Positions 28,718 through 37,848 of a DNA stretch of 64,000 nt are shown piece after piece. The position numbers were made by a program, and so were the translations under genes. Each line of letters starts with the position of its first letter. Positions within the stretch are counted from its first letter, which is position 1. Origin of the DNA: an uncultured bacterium. Lineage in GTDB: Bacteria; Babelota; Babeliae; Babelales; RVW-14. The stretch spans positions 64,001-128,000 of the forward strand of contig CAVXAT010000002.1 of the NCBI GenBank assembly GCA_963759805.1, given 5' to 3'. Below the pieces are notes generated by a model. The model was not told the origin of the DNA. It saw only the letters and a program-made list of their open reading frames with translations, and ran no database searches.

Positions 28718-29956
28718 TTACTTAATTATCAGCCAATCAAAAAGTGCTTTCTCACCAGGGTACTTTTCAAAAATTATATCTTCTACCGCTTCAAGTTTTT
28801 TAATGTTAAGCTTTGTTTTTGCCATTCCCCTTAACGCCTTTTTAAAGCGCTTGTATGGCGGCCCACCGTCATAAATTTCTTCCATCGACATAAGATCTGT
28901 AACTCCAGTATTAACTTTTTCTGCTTTTATTTTTTTCCAAACTTCTATTATCGCATCTATTTGAGCATCTGTGATTCCCTTAGGATCTTTAATGGCTGCA
29001 TCCCACCATTTATCCGTATTCTTAAAATCACCAACTTGCTCTAATTTTTCTTTTAAATTAACTAATTTTGTTGAAAGCAATTGCAATTTTTCATTTAACT
29101 GAGAAAGTTTTGTCTTTAGCAATTCAAGCTTATCTCTTAGTGGCTTCGATGAATCAGCATGAGAAGGTGGTTTAGGTCGAGAGGGCAGCGGACGATGTGT
29201 GCCAGACTGAGGGAGCAGAGAAGCGGGCAACTTAACTTTTTTCGGCAAAAATTCTTTTATTGTCGATAATTTCACAAATTTGGTCAATCTTTCAACTTGC
29301 AGATTGTAAGATTGCATTTTTTCATCTTTTCGCTCTTTAGACCAACTTAATAAACGTGTCGCCTCTTTTTCTACAAATTTTTCTACTTCTGAATTAATAT
29401 TAACATTCAATCGCCCCGAAAATGCAACTAAAGCTGAAATAGCCTCGCAAGCATCTTCCGTAAAATTTAATTTGCTTATGTATGAAGCAATTGCATCCCA
29501 ATTAATACTCAGATCGGAGCCCGACACACATTTCGACATCGGAACTATTTGATTGTATCTACGTAAAAATTCGAAAAATAATTTTATTTGCTTATTTTTA
29601 TCTGAAATCGATTGAGGACTTGGGGAGGGTTGAAATGTAAACAATTTTGATGCCTCTCTTTTCATAACATCTCCCACTGCTTTGCTACCTTTTGAAGGCA
29701 ATGGATATGATCTATATTTTTCCATTATTTTTAAAATAATCGGACAAGCACCGTTGATAAAATCTAGTTTAACATCTCTCAAATATCGAATAATATCATC
29801 CCAATCGCTTGACGTGTCTAGCGCATTTTCAGTAAACGCCACATCAACCGCATCAATTCGCACTAAGGCATCTGATACTGATTTTATTTTATCAGCCCCA
29901 ACACCAAACTCTATAAAAAAAATACTCATCAGTAATATTATTAATTTTTTATTCAC
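28718..29956 (-). CDS. Exported hypothetical protein with an internal duplication, Pro-rich linker and coiled coil
   Basis: Likely GTG start at 29956 after AGGAG; signal-like NKKLIILLMSIFFIEFGVGA. Confidence 0.65.
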   Translation of the reverse strand: MNKKLIILLMSIFFIEFGVGADKIKSVSDALVRIDAVDVAFTENALDTSSDWDDIIRYLRDVKLDFINGACPIILKIMEKYRSYPLPSKGSKAVGDVMKREASKLFTFQPSPSPQSISDKNKQIKLFFEFLRRYNQIVPMSKCVSGSDLSINWDAIASYISKLNFTEDACEAISALVAFSGRLNVNINSEVEKFVEKEATRLLSWSKERKDEKMQSYNLQVERLTKFVKLSTIKEFLPKKVKLPASLLPQSGTHRPLPSRPKPPSHADSSKPLRDKLELLKTKLSQLNEKLQLLSTKLVNLKEKLEQVGDFKNTDKWWDAAIKDPKGITDAQIDAIIEVWKKIKAEKVNTGVTDLMSMEEIYDGGPPYKRFKKALRGMAKTKLNIKKLEAVEDIIFEKYPGEKALFDWLIIK

Positions 29957-30043
29957 GGCCTCTCCTTGCTCCTTCCTCAAATCCATTTTAAAAAGCTGAA
30001 ACTTCATGTACTATGAAACCATATAACAAAAGAAAGGCATTAT

Positions 30044-30673
30044 ATGCAATTAACTCAAATTTTTTCTCCACAAATATTAGTTTGGCTGGCAATGTTGCTG
30101 TACACCCTGTGCTTCTTGCCACAAATTATAGAAAACTATCGAATTAAATCAGGCACGGGATTGAGTGATTACTTTCTGCTGGCATATCTAAACACCTACA
30201 TCACTCTTATTTATTACGTGTTTTGCTTGAACTTACCGATTGCATACAAAATTGCATGCCCGGCCCAGGGCATCGCCACAATAATTTTGATAGCACAGCG
30301 GCTTTATTACAATCATTCAGAAACCCATGGCGCAAAATTTTATGGGTTAATTTATGGAGCAAATCTACTTGGGGCACTGATTTTTATACCACTAGCAATC
30401 ATGCATCCCACTCATGCCGGCCATATTTTTGGCTGGATTTCATTTATTCTGATTCTTTTAAACCAGATGCCTCAAGTCTTCAGGGTAATTGCAACCAAAA
30501 GCGTTGCCGGATTTAGTTACATGTTTATACTGATAATGGCGGGTGCAGCAGGCATAGAACTCTACACTTCATTGGTACTAGGGTTACCAATGCAGACAAT
30601 TTTATCGGCAGCGCGAGGGTTGTTATACTTTGTGATCTTCAGCGCGTTGTTTTTGATGTATCATAGAGAATAA
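30044..30673 (+). CDS. PQ-loop repeat membrane transporter (SWEET/PQ-loop-like)
   Basis: Two repeats, FLPQIIENYRIKSGTGLS and MPQVFRVIATKSVAGFS; about 7 TMs. Confidence 0.8.
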   Translation: MQLTQIFSPQILVWLAMLLYTLCFLPQIIENYRIKSGTGLSDYFLLAYLNTYITLIYYVFCLNLPIAYKIACPAQGIATIILIAQRLYYNHSETHGAKFYGLIYGANLLGALIFIPLAIMHPTHAGHIFGWISFILILLNQMPQVFRVIATKSVAGFSYMFILIMAGAAGIELYTSLVLGLPMQTILSAARGLLYFVIFSALFLMYHRE

Positions 30674-30675
30674 AC

Positions 30676-31875
30676 TTATAACGCAAGTGATTTCTTCTTT
30701 AGAGATTCAACTAGTCCAGCCGAATCTTGCCAACTTATCAAATGCCCAGATTTATTTTCTTGAGTGTGCTCACCCCCATAAATCACATATCCACCAGATT
30801 TGTCGGAATTAGACATCTCATTCCATCTGTTCAATCCATCAAAATAGTCATTCAAAGCAGATGCTCCAGATTTTATTTCTATCGGAATTAGCTTAATACC
30901 TAAATCAATTAAACAATCCACTTCAATTCTACCATTCAAGTCACGCCAAAAATAAATAGGCGCCGTACTGCCAATATTAAAGTACTGCTTAAATATATCT
31001 GCAATTATGAAGCACTCAAAAAGAGGCCCTTTGAATGAACTTAACGCTAATTCTTCAGAAGATCGAATACTAAGAAGAGAACAGGCGAGTCCTGTGTCAT
31101 AAAAAAAAAGCTTAGATGTCTTTGTAACCCGTTTATTAAAATTTGCATGGTATGGTTTTAACAAAAAAATTATGTAACTTGCCTCCAAAATAGAAATCCA
31201 GCTTTTGGCAGTTTTCTGGTTAATTCCGCAGCTGGTTGCCAAATCCGTAAGATTTAAAAGCTGCCCAACCCTGCCTGCACAAAGCTGCATAAATTTTTGA
31301 AATGTACTCAAATTTTCAACGTTAATAAGTTGGCGAATGTCCCGCTCTGCATATGACTGAATATATGATGGGTAAAAATCCAATGGAGACAAACCTTTTG
31401 CGTAAACCCTTGGATATCCACCATTAAATATTTGCATATGAGCATTGTTATTTAAATGGCCATTCTCTTTAAGTTCATTTATAGATAATGGAAGCAAACT
31501 CAAAATCCCAATTCTTCCAGCCAATGACTGAGTAATCGCCTGATTCATCAAAAAATTTTGTGACCCCGTTAGTACAAAATATCCTGGTCTGTCTTTAGCA
31601 TCAGCATCAAGCTGTATGTATGAAAGAATTTGTGGAACATATTGAAACTCATCCAAAATTACTCCATTCTCATTCTCATACTCTAACAAAAAACCCTTGG
31701 GATTTTCTGCTGCAAATTTACGGATTAACGGATCTTCAAAATTTAAATATTTATGTTTAGAAAAAAAATCCTTAACCAGAGTTGTTTTTCCCGATTGCCG
31801 AGGCCCAAAAACACCAACAACAGGAAACTTAGAGAATCTCGCCAATGCATCTCTTAAATCTCTTCTAAAAATCAT
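30676..31875 (-). CDS. AAA+ ATPase (AAA_14) with DUF4143 domain
   Basis: GPRQSGKT, ILDEFQ, LTGSQ, SLAGR, GGYP, DTGL and IEIKSG. Confidence 0.92.
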   Translation of the reverse strand: MIFRRDLRDALARFSKFPVVGVFGPRQSGKTTLVKDFFSKHKYLNFEDPLIRKFAAENPKGFLLEYENENGVILDEFQYVPQILSYIQLDADAKDRPGYFVLTGSQNFLMNQAITQSLAGRIGILSLLPLSINELKENGHLNNNAHMQIFNGGYPRVYAKGLSPLDFYPSYIQSYAERDIRQLINVENLSTFQKFMQLCAGRVGQLLNLTDLATSCGINQKTAKSWISILEASYIIFLLKPYHANFNKRVTKTSKLFFYDTGLACSLLSIRSSEELALSSFKGPLFECFIIADIFKQYFNIGSTAPIYFWRDLNGRIEVDCLIDLGIKLIPIEIKSGASALNDYFDGLNRWNEMSNSDKSGGYVIYGGEHTQENKSGHLISWQDSAGLVESLKKKSLAL

Positions 31876-32086
31876 CGGTAACTCCTAGCATAAAAAGTTA
31901 ATTTCGTGCAGATGTGCCAATCAACTACCATATTAGCACAAAACCAAGTTTATAGCCAGCCAATCAACATTTTCCAAGCATAAATAAGCAAAAAACAAGT
32001 TTTTATTCCAATATTTCCCAAAAATCCCCAAATTCGATAACATTCATTCTCAGTGTTACCTTCAAAATTATTAGTAAGAAATATCC

Positions 32087-33421
32087 ATGCTAGATCGAAA
32101 TAAAATAGCCCAAGAACTTGAAAAATTAAACTCCAATATTTTTACTTATGACGACAAGCAGTTCAACACGGCCTGCAGTAAATGGCAGGAGATCATCCAA
32201 AAACCCGATTTTAAAAAACAGGTCATAACGTCAAAAAGCTCATTTTTGCTACCAAGCTGGCAAGGCAGATTAACCGATGTATTTGAAATTAAACCTGATC
32301 TTAAAAATTATGCTGTACTGGCCGTTGACGGATCACAAATTTATCCCGACAGACACATTTCGGGCATAAACTGTTTTTTAATCAACACGGGGCAATGTTT
32401 GCTGGAGTATGGGCAAACAAGCAAGGCGACTCTGACATCACAGCCATATGTTTTCACACCGGACAATGTGTTTGAGCAAAAGCCGGCACCCTACTTCGCA
32501 CCTGAAGTGCTACGACGGGCAGGCAGGCAGGACGATCCCTCGATACAAATTTGCTTCGCAAATTCACTCCCAGCCGTCGCTCTAACGAGCTATGGCGGGC
32601 ACGGCGGGACGAGCGGGGGGGGCATCGAACCATTTCAACGGGTTCTTGATTTTGGGGATTTCTCACCCGATATAGTCGACTTAAAACGCGAAGAGCTTGA
32701 ACTTGAAACTTCGTTTAAAACAGCACAGGAATTAAATCAAAAGTATTTAACTCAAAACAAACCGTTTGCCGTTTTTGCCGACGGCAGCCTAATTTTTTGG
32801 CAACTTGAAAGCAAATCCCCTGAAGTTAAAAAACACTTTCTTACTAAATATTTTGAGCATCTGAACAGTTTTTATGAAAAAAATATCCCAATTGCCGGAT
32901 ATATCAGCATGCCAAAAAGCCGTGAGTTAATAAATTTAATAAAAATCGGACTTTGTAGATTTGAAGTTGCCAACTGTATTCCATGCCACAGCATGCACAA
33001 AACGTTTCCATGCAAAGACGTTGAACATGTCCTGGACACGCAACTTACATCAACTTTTTTGAACCAAAATTTTAGAACAACAATTTTTTACAGCAGTTCA
33101 AAAGTCGTAGATCTTTATCCGGAACATTTAAAGCCATGCTTTGTTTATCTAAACGTGGGACAGGAGATTGTACGACTTGAATTCCCAATTTGGATGGCTC
33201 AAAATCCGAAATATCTGGATTTAATCTGTAAAATCGCAATTGATCAATCAATCAAAGGACAAGGGTATCCGGTAGTTCTGTCGGAGGCTCACGAACAAGC
33301 GGTAGTCAAAAATAACGACCAAGAGTTCTTTTATAAGTTAATTTGCAAAAAAAGCATCGAGCAAAATCAACGAATCTTACTTTCGCCCAAAAGCATTAAG
33401 AAGCATAATGTCAGTATTTAG
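32087..33421 (+). CDS. nurA: NurA-family nuclease with an in-frame palindromic insert
   Basis: AVDGSQIYP, FADGSL and GYPVVLSEAHEQAVV. Confidence 0.85.
   Translation: MLDRNKIAQELEKLNSNIFTYDDKQFNTACSKWQEIIQKPDFKKQVITSKSSFLLPSWQGRLTDVFEIKPDLKNYAVLAVDGSQIYPDRHISGINCFLINTGQCLLEYGQTSKATLTSQPYVFTPDNVFEQKPAPYFAPEVLRRAGRQDDPSIQICFANSLPAVALTSYGGHGGTSGGGIEPFQRVLDFGDFSPDIVDLKREELELETSFKTAQELNQKYLTQNKPFAVFADGSLIFWQLESKSPEVKKHFLTKYFEHLNSFYEKNIPIAGYISMPKSRELINLIKIGLCRFEVANCIPCHSMHKTFPCKDVEHVLDTQLTSTFLNQNFRTTIFYSSSKVVDLYPEHLKPCFVYLNVGQEIVRLEFPIWMAQNPKYLDLICKIAIDQSIKGQGYPVVLSEAHEQAVVKNNDQEFFYKLICKKSIEQNQRILLSPKSIKKHNVSI
32482..32633. repeat. Composite palindromic repeat insert in nurA (two 36-bp modules plus a host element)
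   Basis: GC-rich island with module 32489-32524, host ATCCCTCGATACA-AATTTGCttcGCAAATT-CACTC|GGGACGAGCG split by module 32570-32605, and a terminal TCGAACCAT; shares sequence with the mnmA insert. Confidence 0.8.
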
Positions 33422-33432
33422 ATACCAAATAT

Positions 33433-34596
33433 TTAAAGCAGCCGACCTAGCATTTTCAAATAAAGTCGTGGCATAAAATCCTGTAAAATCTTTGTAACTT
33501 TTTGATAATCTTCCGTACTAATCTCGGCTTTGGTCTCATGAGATGTTCCTGACTTGAGTTTTTGAGTTAAATCACCGTTCTCATCAAGTGAAATGTTTGG
33601 GATTTTCCAGTACCCACCCAAAATCTCAATTTTGGGAACACAATTATCAAAACATAAAATAAAAATCAATCTCATCGTTGGCTCATATAGTTTTTCGCCA
33701 ACCTGAATAATTTTTGAACCTACAAATTCCTGAACAAGACATAAGTCATTTTTATCATCCGCCCAAGATTTAAAGCGAGGATTGATATTTTGGGGTCTCT
33801 TTTTACTGCTATATAATCGTAATGTATATTTCAAAGTTTTTGCCAATTCCTCTTTTGAAACAATAAAAACCCCTTTTCCCATTGTTCCGCAAGCAGGTTT
33901 TATAACATAATAATCGCATTTAAATTCTTCTATAATCTCTTTTGCAGATTTTTGGGCATAACCGGAAACATCACACATATCTAATCGTTTGAGGATTTTA
34001 AATTTCGGACAATATTTACCAAATTCATCGTCATTTAAAATATTTACAGTATTAATCTTACTGTTGACATAAAATGCCGTGGCCAAGTCCCAAATTAAAA
34101 CATTCGGATATTTTTCCCTAAATATTCTAACACTATCATCCATAAAACTTGTACATATAATTGCTTTATAATTTGAAATTTTATAGGGATCTTTAACTGG
34201 TCCATCTTTAACCAGTGCTTTAAATTTACTGCTCTGTTCCAGCTTTTTCAACGACGGTAAAATGGCACCACCACACTTAATTAATGATTCAGTGGCCCTC
34301 ATCTCATCAAATTCGTTTGGTATATAAAAACCACCCACATGCCAAATTGGTAAATTAAATTGCTTTAAATAATTCCAATATTTATCCCAATAAAATCTAT
34401 TCATTCCCTTGAATGCAGAACGGCGACCTTCACCAAATTCACAAATTTTGAAATTTTGTCCATCAAATTTAAAATCAACGATACAAAATGAAATGTCTGC
34501 ACAAATTTGATCACCAAAATACGGAACACGACAGTAAACATTAAAAAAACAGGTAAGTCCCCCTATCAAATTTAATAACAACTTAACGTTTGGCAC
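33433..34596 (-). CDS. Signal-peptide-bearing, probably circularly permuted ATP-grasp enzyme
   Basis: N-terminal VDFKFDGQNFKICEFG, later YVIKPACGTMGKGV and LVQEFV; paralog of 39664..40914. Confidence 0.65.
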   Translation of the reverse strand: MPNVKLLLNLIGGLTCFFNVYCRVPYFGDQICADISFCIVDFKFDGQNFKICEFGEGRRSAFKGMNRFYWDKYWNYLKQFNLPIWHVGGFYIPNEFDEMRATESLIKCGGAILPSLKKLEQSSKFKALVKDGPVKDPYKISNYKAIICTSFMDDSVRIFREKYPNVLIWDLATAFYVNSKINTVNILNDDEFGKYCPKFKILKRLDMCDVSGYAQKSAKEIIEEFKCDYYVIKPACGTMGKGVFIVSKEELAKTLKYTLRLYSSKKRPQNINPRFKSWADDKNDLCLVQEFVGSKIIQVGEKLYEPTMRLIFILCFDNCVPKIEILGGYWKIPNISLDENGDLTQKLKSGTSHETKAEISTEDYQKVTKILQDFMPRLYLKMLGRLL

Positions 34597-34610
34597 GACC
34601 TACACCCCTT

Positions 34611-35576
34611 TTATTTTTTTGATTTCAACAACGGATTTCCTTTTAACGGTTGATACTTTTTCATGGAACAAACAACCCGCAATATCTTTTTTTGAAGCTC
34701 TGTATCTACCTTAAAATCGTTCAATCCTGTCGCCCTATCAGCAACATATAAAATATCCGAAATAAACATATGCCTAAACCCGGACATTTCGAGCATTGGA
34801 TACACCATTGCATAATCACTACCCGTTTCAACAAAATCACCCTTATACATCAAATCTTCGCGCTTAATTTTTTTAAATAACCAGGCATAGTAGGATCTAA
34901 GCCCGGATGAATTCCAACCAAATTCTCTAAACTGATTTCTCTTAATAACATCATCAGGATATGCCTTTTGTGGTCGAATCATATTCTGTGGCCAGCTCAG
35001 CAAACTACCATATGTCATCCAAATATTTGGGTCCTGATAAATTTTGTTTAACAATGCCAAAACGTGATCATTCGCCCAGTAATCATCACCGTCGCAGGAT
35101 GCAATTATATCAAAATCATCACACATATAAACTGCATTGTATATATTGGCCATGGCTTTACGTCGCTCTGTATTCTTTATCAATATTACACGATGCTCTT
35201 GGTTTTTCTCTTTGATATATTTTTCGACCAAATCTCCGGTTCCATCAGGCGATGCATCATCAATATAAATTACATTATAGTTATCATATTTCTGCATAAA
35301 AATTGAATCGAGATTTCTTTTATAACGTGTACTGTTATTGTATGATGGAATAATAACAACAAAATGCTTTTCTTCGCTTGTTTTGAGCTCTTTTAACTTA
35401 TCCCAAAGGACATTATACACAGAAAGATCTACAACCCCATTTTTCATCGGCGCAGGAATGTATCTCTTTGAAGAACTAGTTTTTTTACATGTAACACGAT
35501 GTCCGGTATCATACGCAAAAGCTTCAAAACCAATAAATATTAAACATATAAGTAAAATAATCGATTTTTTTTTCAT
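34611..35576 (-). CDS. Glycosyltransferase family 2 with a signal peptide
   Basis: MKKKSIILLICLIFIGFEAFA; VVIIPSYNN, IDDASPDGT and DGDD. Confidence 0.88.
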   Translation of the reverse strand: MKKKSIILLICLIFIGFEAFAYDTGHRVTCKKTSSSKRYIPAPMKNGVVDLSVYNVLWDKLKELKTSEEKHFVVIIPSYNNSTRYKRNLDSIFMQKYDNYNVIYIDDASPDGTGDLVEKYIKEKNQEHRVILIKNTERRKAMANIYNAVYMCDDFDIIASCDGDDYWANDHVLALLNKIYQDPNIWMTYGSLLSWPQNMIRPQKAYPDDVIKRNQFREFGWNSSGLRSYYAWLFKKIKREDLMYKGDFVETGSDYAMVYPMLEMSGFRHMFISDILYVADRATGLNDFKVDTELQKKILRVVCSMKKYQPLKGNPLLKSKK

Positions 35577-35697
35577 AGCAACAACACTCCTTTTTTTACT
35601 ATTGAAAAACATATATTAATAACTTATCATAAACTTATTCAAAGGGAAGATTTTTTAGGAAGAAATGCTTACTCGCAAAATCTTAAAGGAGAATATA

Positions 35698-36966
35698 ATG
35701 TTTAAGTACATGGCACTGTTTGTTTTTTCGGTGCTTTGCTTACCATATCCTCATTGTATATCTAAAAGTATATCAAAAACACATGAATCGTTTAAATACT
35801 TTGATTTTGGATATGATAGGGAAATAGATAAACAAAGTAATATTAATATTTTGTTAGCTCGATTTCGTAAAGCTGATTGCGGAGTTCAGCATCATATTTT
35901 TGCCTTGTATAAGCTACTGCTTGATGAAGGAATAAAAGTAAATATCGTAGTCATACAAAATACATCCCTGCAAAAAAGATTATACAACGCAAGACTTCCA
36001 CATTTTGCAATCAGTGAAAACCCCAAGGATGAATTTAATCATTTTTATTCTGCAACTAGCAAAATTTGTAAGCAAACAAAGGCAAATATTATTCATATTA
36101 ATGGTGCTAATTTAGAATATAGAGTTGCTCAAGCAGTTGCAAAAGATTTAAATCTAGCAATAATTCAACAACATCATGACTACAAAGAACCAAATTTAAA
36201 TATATGTAAAAATATTGATGCACTAATATTGGTTAGCCCAGAATTGACAATTCGTTTACCCCAAAAAGATATCTATAAAAATATCAATGTTAAATTTATA
36301 GTTTTTTTCCCACCATTATGCAATGAAGAAAAATTTTTGAATTTCAAACCAATGTACTCCAAAAAAGATTTTTTTAAAGAAAAATTTGGAATTGATATCA
36401 AAAAATCACCAATTTTATGCACCGTCGCAAATTTTTATTATTGTAAAAATCATGAAACCCTTTTCAAGGCCATTCATAATTTAATTTTTAAATATAAAAA
36501 TGAAGTACAACTTGTCCTTGCCGGAACGGGAACAAGTAAAAGAATCACACAACTAAAGAAACTTTGTATCGATCTGAAAATAGATTCCAATGTTTATTTT
36601 CTTAATTTTGTTGAAGATATTCCAGAACTTTTATATCACAGTGACATAAAAATTTTGCCTAGCATTGGAGAAGCATTTTCAATTGCAATAATAGAAGCAT
36701 CTTTGATGAAAAAACCAATAATTCTTTCAAAAACGGCAGGATCGGCTAACCTATTAATCAAAGACATGGAAACAGGCCTTTTATGCGATCCATATGATGC
36801 TGAAGATATAGCAGCACAAATTAATAAAATTTTGAACAATAAAGATTTGGCATTGAAACTTTCAGAAAATGTTTATAGCTTTGTCGTTAAAAATTTTTCA
36901 AGAAAAAACATAGGTCAAATCTATATTAATTTGTATGAAAAAGTTCTTAACAATTCCCGCAAATAA
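35698..36966 (+). CDS. Glycosyltransferase family 4 (GT-B) with a signal peptide
   Basis: KNHETL and ILPSIGEAFSIAIIEA (EX7E); hydrophobic N-terminus. Confidence 0.88.
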   Translation: MFKYMALFVFSVLCLPYPHCISKSISKTHESFKYFDFGYDREIDKQSNINILLARFRKADCGVQHHIFALYKLLLDEGIKVNIVVIQNTSLQKRLYNARLPHFAISENPKDEFNHFYSATSKICKQTKANIIHINGANLEYRVAQAVAKDLNLAIIQQHHDYKEPNLNICKNIDALILVSPELTIRLPQKDIYKNINVKFIVFFPPLCNEEKFLNFKPMYSKKDFFKEKFGIDIKKSPILCTVANFYYCKNHETLFKAIHNLIFKYKNEVQLVLAGTGTSKRITQLKKLCIDLKIDSNVYFLNFVEDIPELLYHSDIKILPSIGEAFSIAIIEASLMKKPIILSKTAGSANLLIKDMETGLLCDPYDAEDIAAQINKILNNKDLALKLSENVYSFVVKNFSRKNIGQIYINLYEKVLNNSRK

Positions 36967-36985
36967 TTTTACTCAAAAAGCTTAT

Positions 36986-37840
36986 TTATTCCAAATCACT
37001 TTTCAATAAAGGCTTATATTGCGGTAGTTTTTTAATTTTTGAAGAAACATTCTTTGCTGTGTTAATAGATGCCTTATTATTTCTAAGCTTACGCCAATAA
37101 CTATTTGAGTTATCGGTATTGTAAACATACAGTATTTTGTTTATAAATTTTGAATGGAAACCGGACATTTCAAGCATAGGAAACATAATTGCCACATCAC
37201 CACAAACTCGAACAAATTTACCATCAAAGATCAAGTCCTCTATCTTAATTCTTTTATATAACCATGCATAAAAAGTACGCAAATGTGAGGTAACCCATTT
37301 ATATGATCTAATTTTATTTTTACTTATGATATCTTTTGGAAGGAATTCACTATTACCGGACTTTCCGCCCGGGTAGGTCATAAATCGCCCGTAAGTTATC
37401 CAAACACTCGAATCCAAATAAACTTTATTTAAATATTCAAGAACATCATCTCCCGCAAGCCAATCATCACCATCAACAATCAAGACTATCTCATCATCAT
37501 CAAGTGAATGAACGGCCCTATAAATATTCTCATGCGCACCAACATTAATTTTATTCTTAACAAGCCTAAATTTAGATTTTAATTCAGAATTGTTTTCTAG
37601 ATACGCTTGGATATAATCAGACATCCCATCATCTGAACAATCATCATAGTAAACTACTCTAAAATTTTTATAGGTCTGGCAGGCAATTGAATCTAAATAC
37701 TTTTGAACATATTTAACATTATTAAAGGAAGCAGTCACAACCGCAAATCGTTTTCCTACAAACTGTTTTGATAGATCTGGTTTTGAAAAACAGTTATTAA
37801 AACTCACAAACAACAAACTCAGTACTAAAACTTTCATCAT
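36986..37840 (-). CDS. Glycosyltransferase family 2 with a signal peptide
   Basis: MMKVLVLSLLFVSFNNCFS; YDDCSDDG and VDGDDWLA. Confidence 0.88.
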   Translation of the reverse strand: MMKVLVLSLLFVSFNNCFSKPDLSKQFVGKRFAVVTASFNNVKYVQKYLDSIACQTYKNFRVVYYDDCSDDGMSDYIQAYLENNSELKSKFRLVKNKINVGAHENIYRAVHSLDDDEIVLIVDGDDWLAGDDVLEYLNKVYLDSSVWITYGRFMTYPGGKSGNSEFLPKDIISKNKIRSYKWVTSHLRTFYAWLYKRIKIEDLIFDGKFVRVCGDVAIMFPMLEMSGFHSKFINKILYVYNTDNSNSYWRKLRNNKASINTAKNVSSKIKKLPQYKPLLKSDLE

Positions 37841-37848
37841 AATTTCTC

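Noticed and set aside
30044..30673. PQ-loop transporter as the nucleotide-sugar supplier for the glycan locus
   Set aside because: It is separated from the locus by two unrelated genes, and nothing in the sequence indicates its substrate.
32087..33421. NurA as part of a HerA-NurA repair or defence operon
   Set aside because: No herA, mre11 or rad50 homolog is adjacent in this window.
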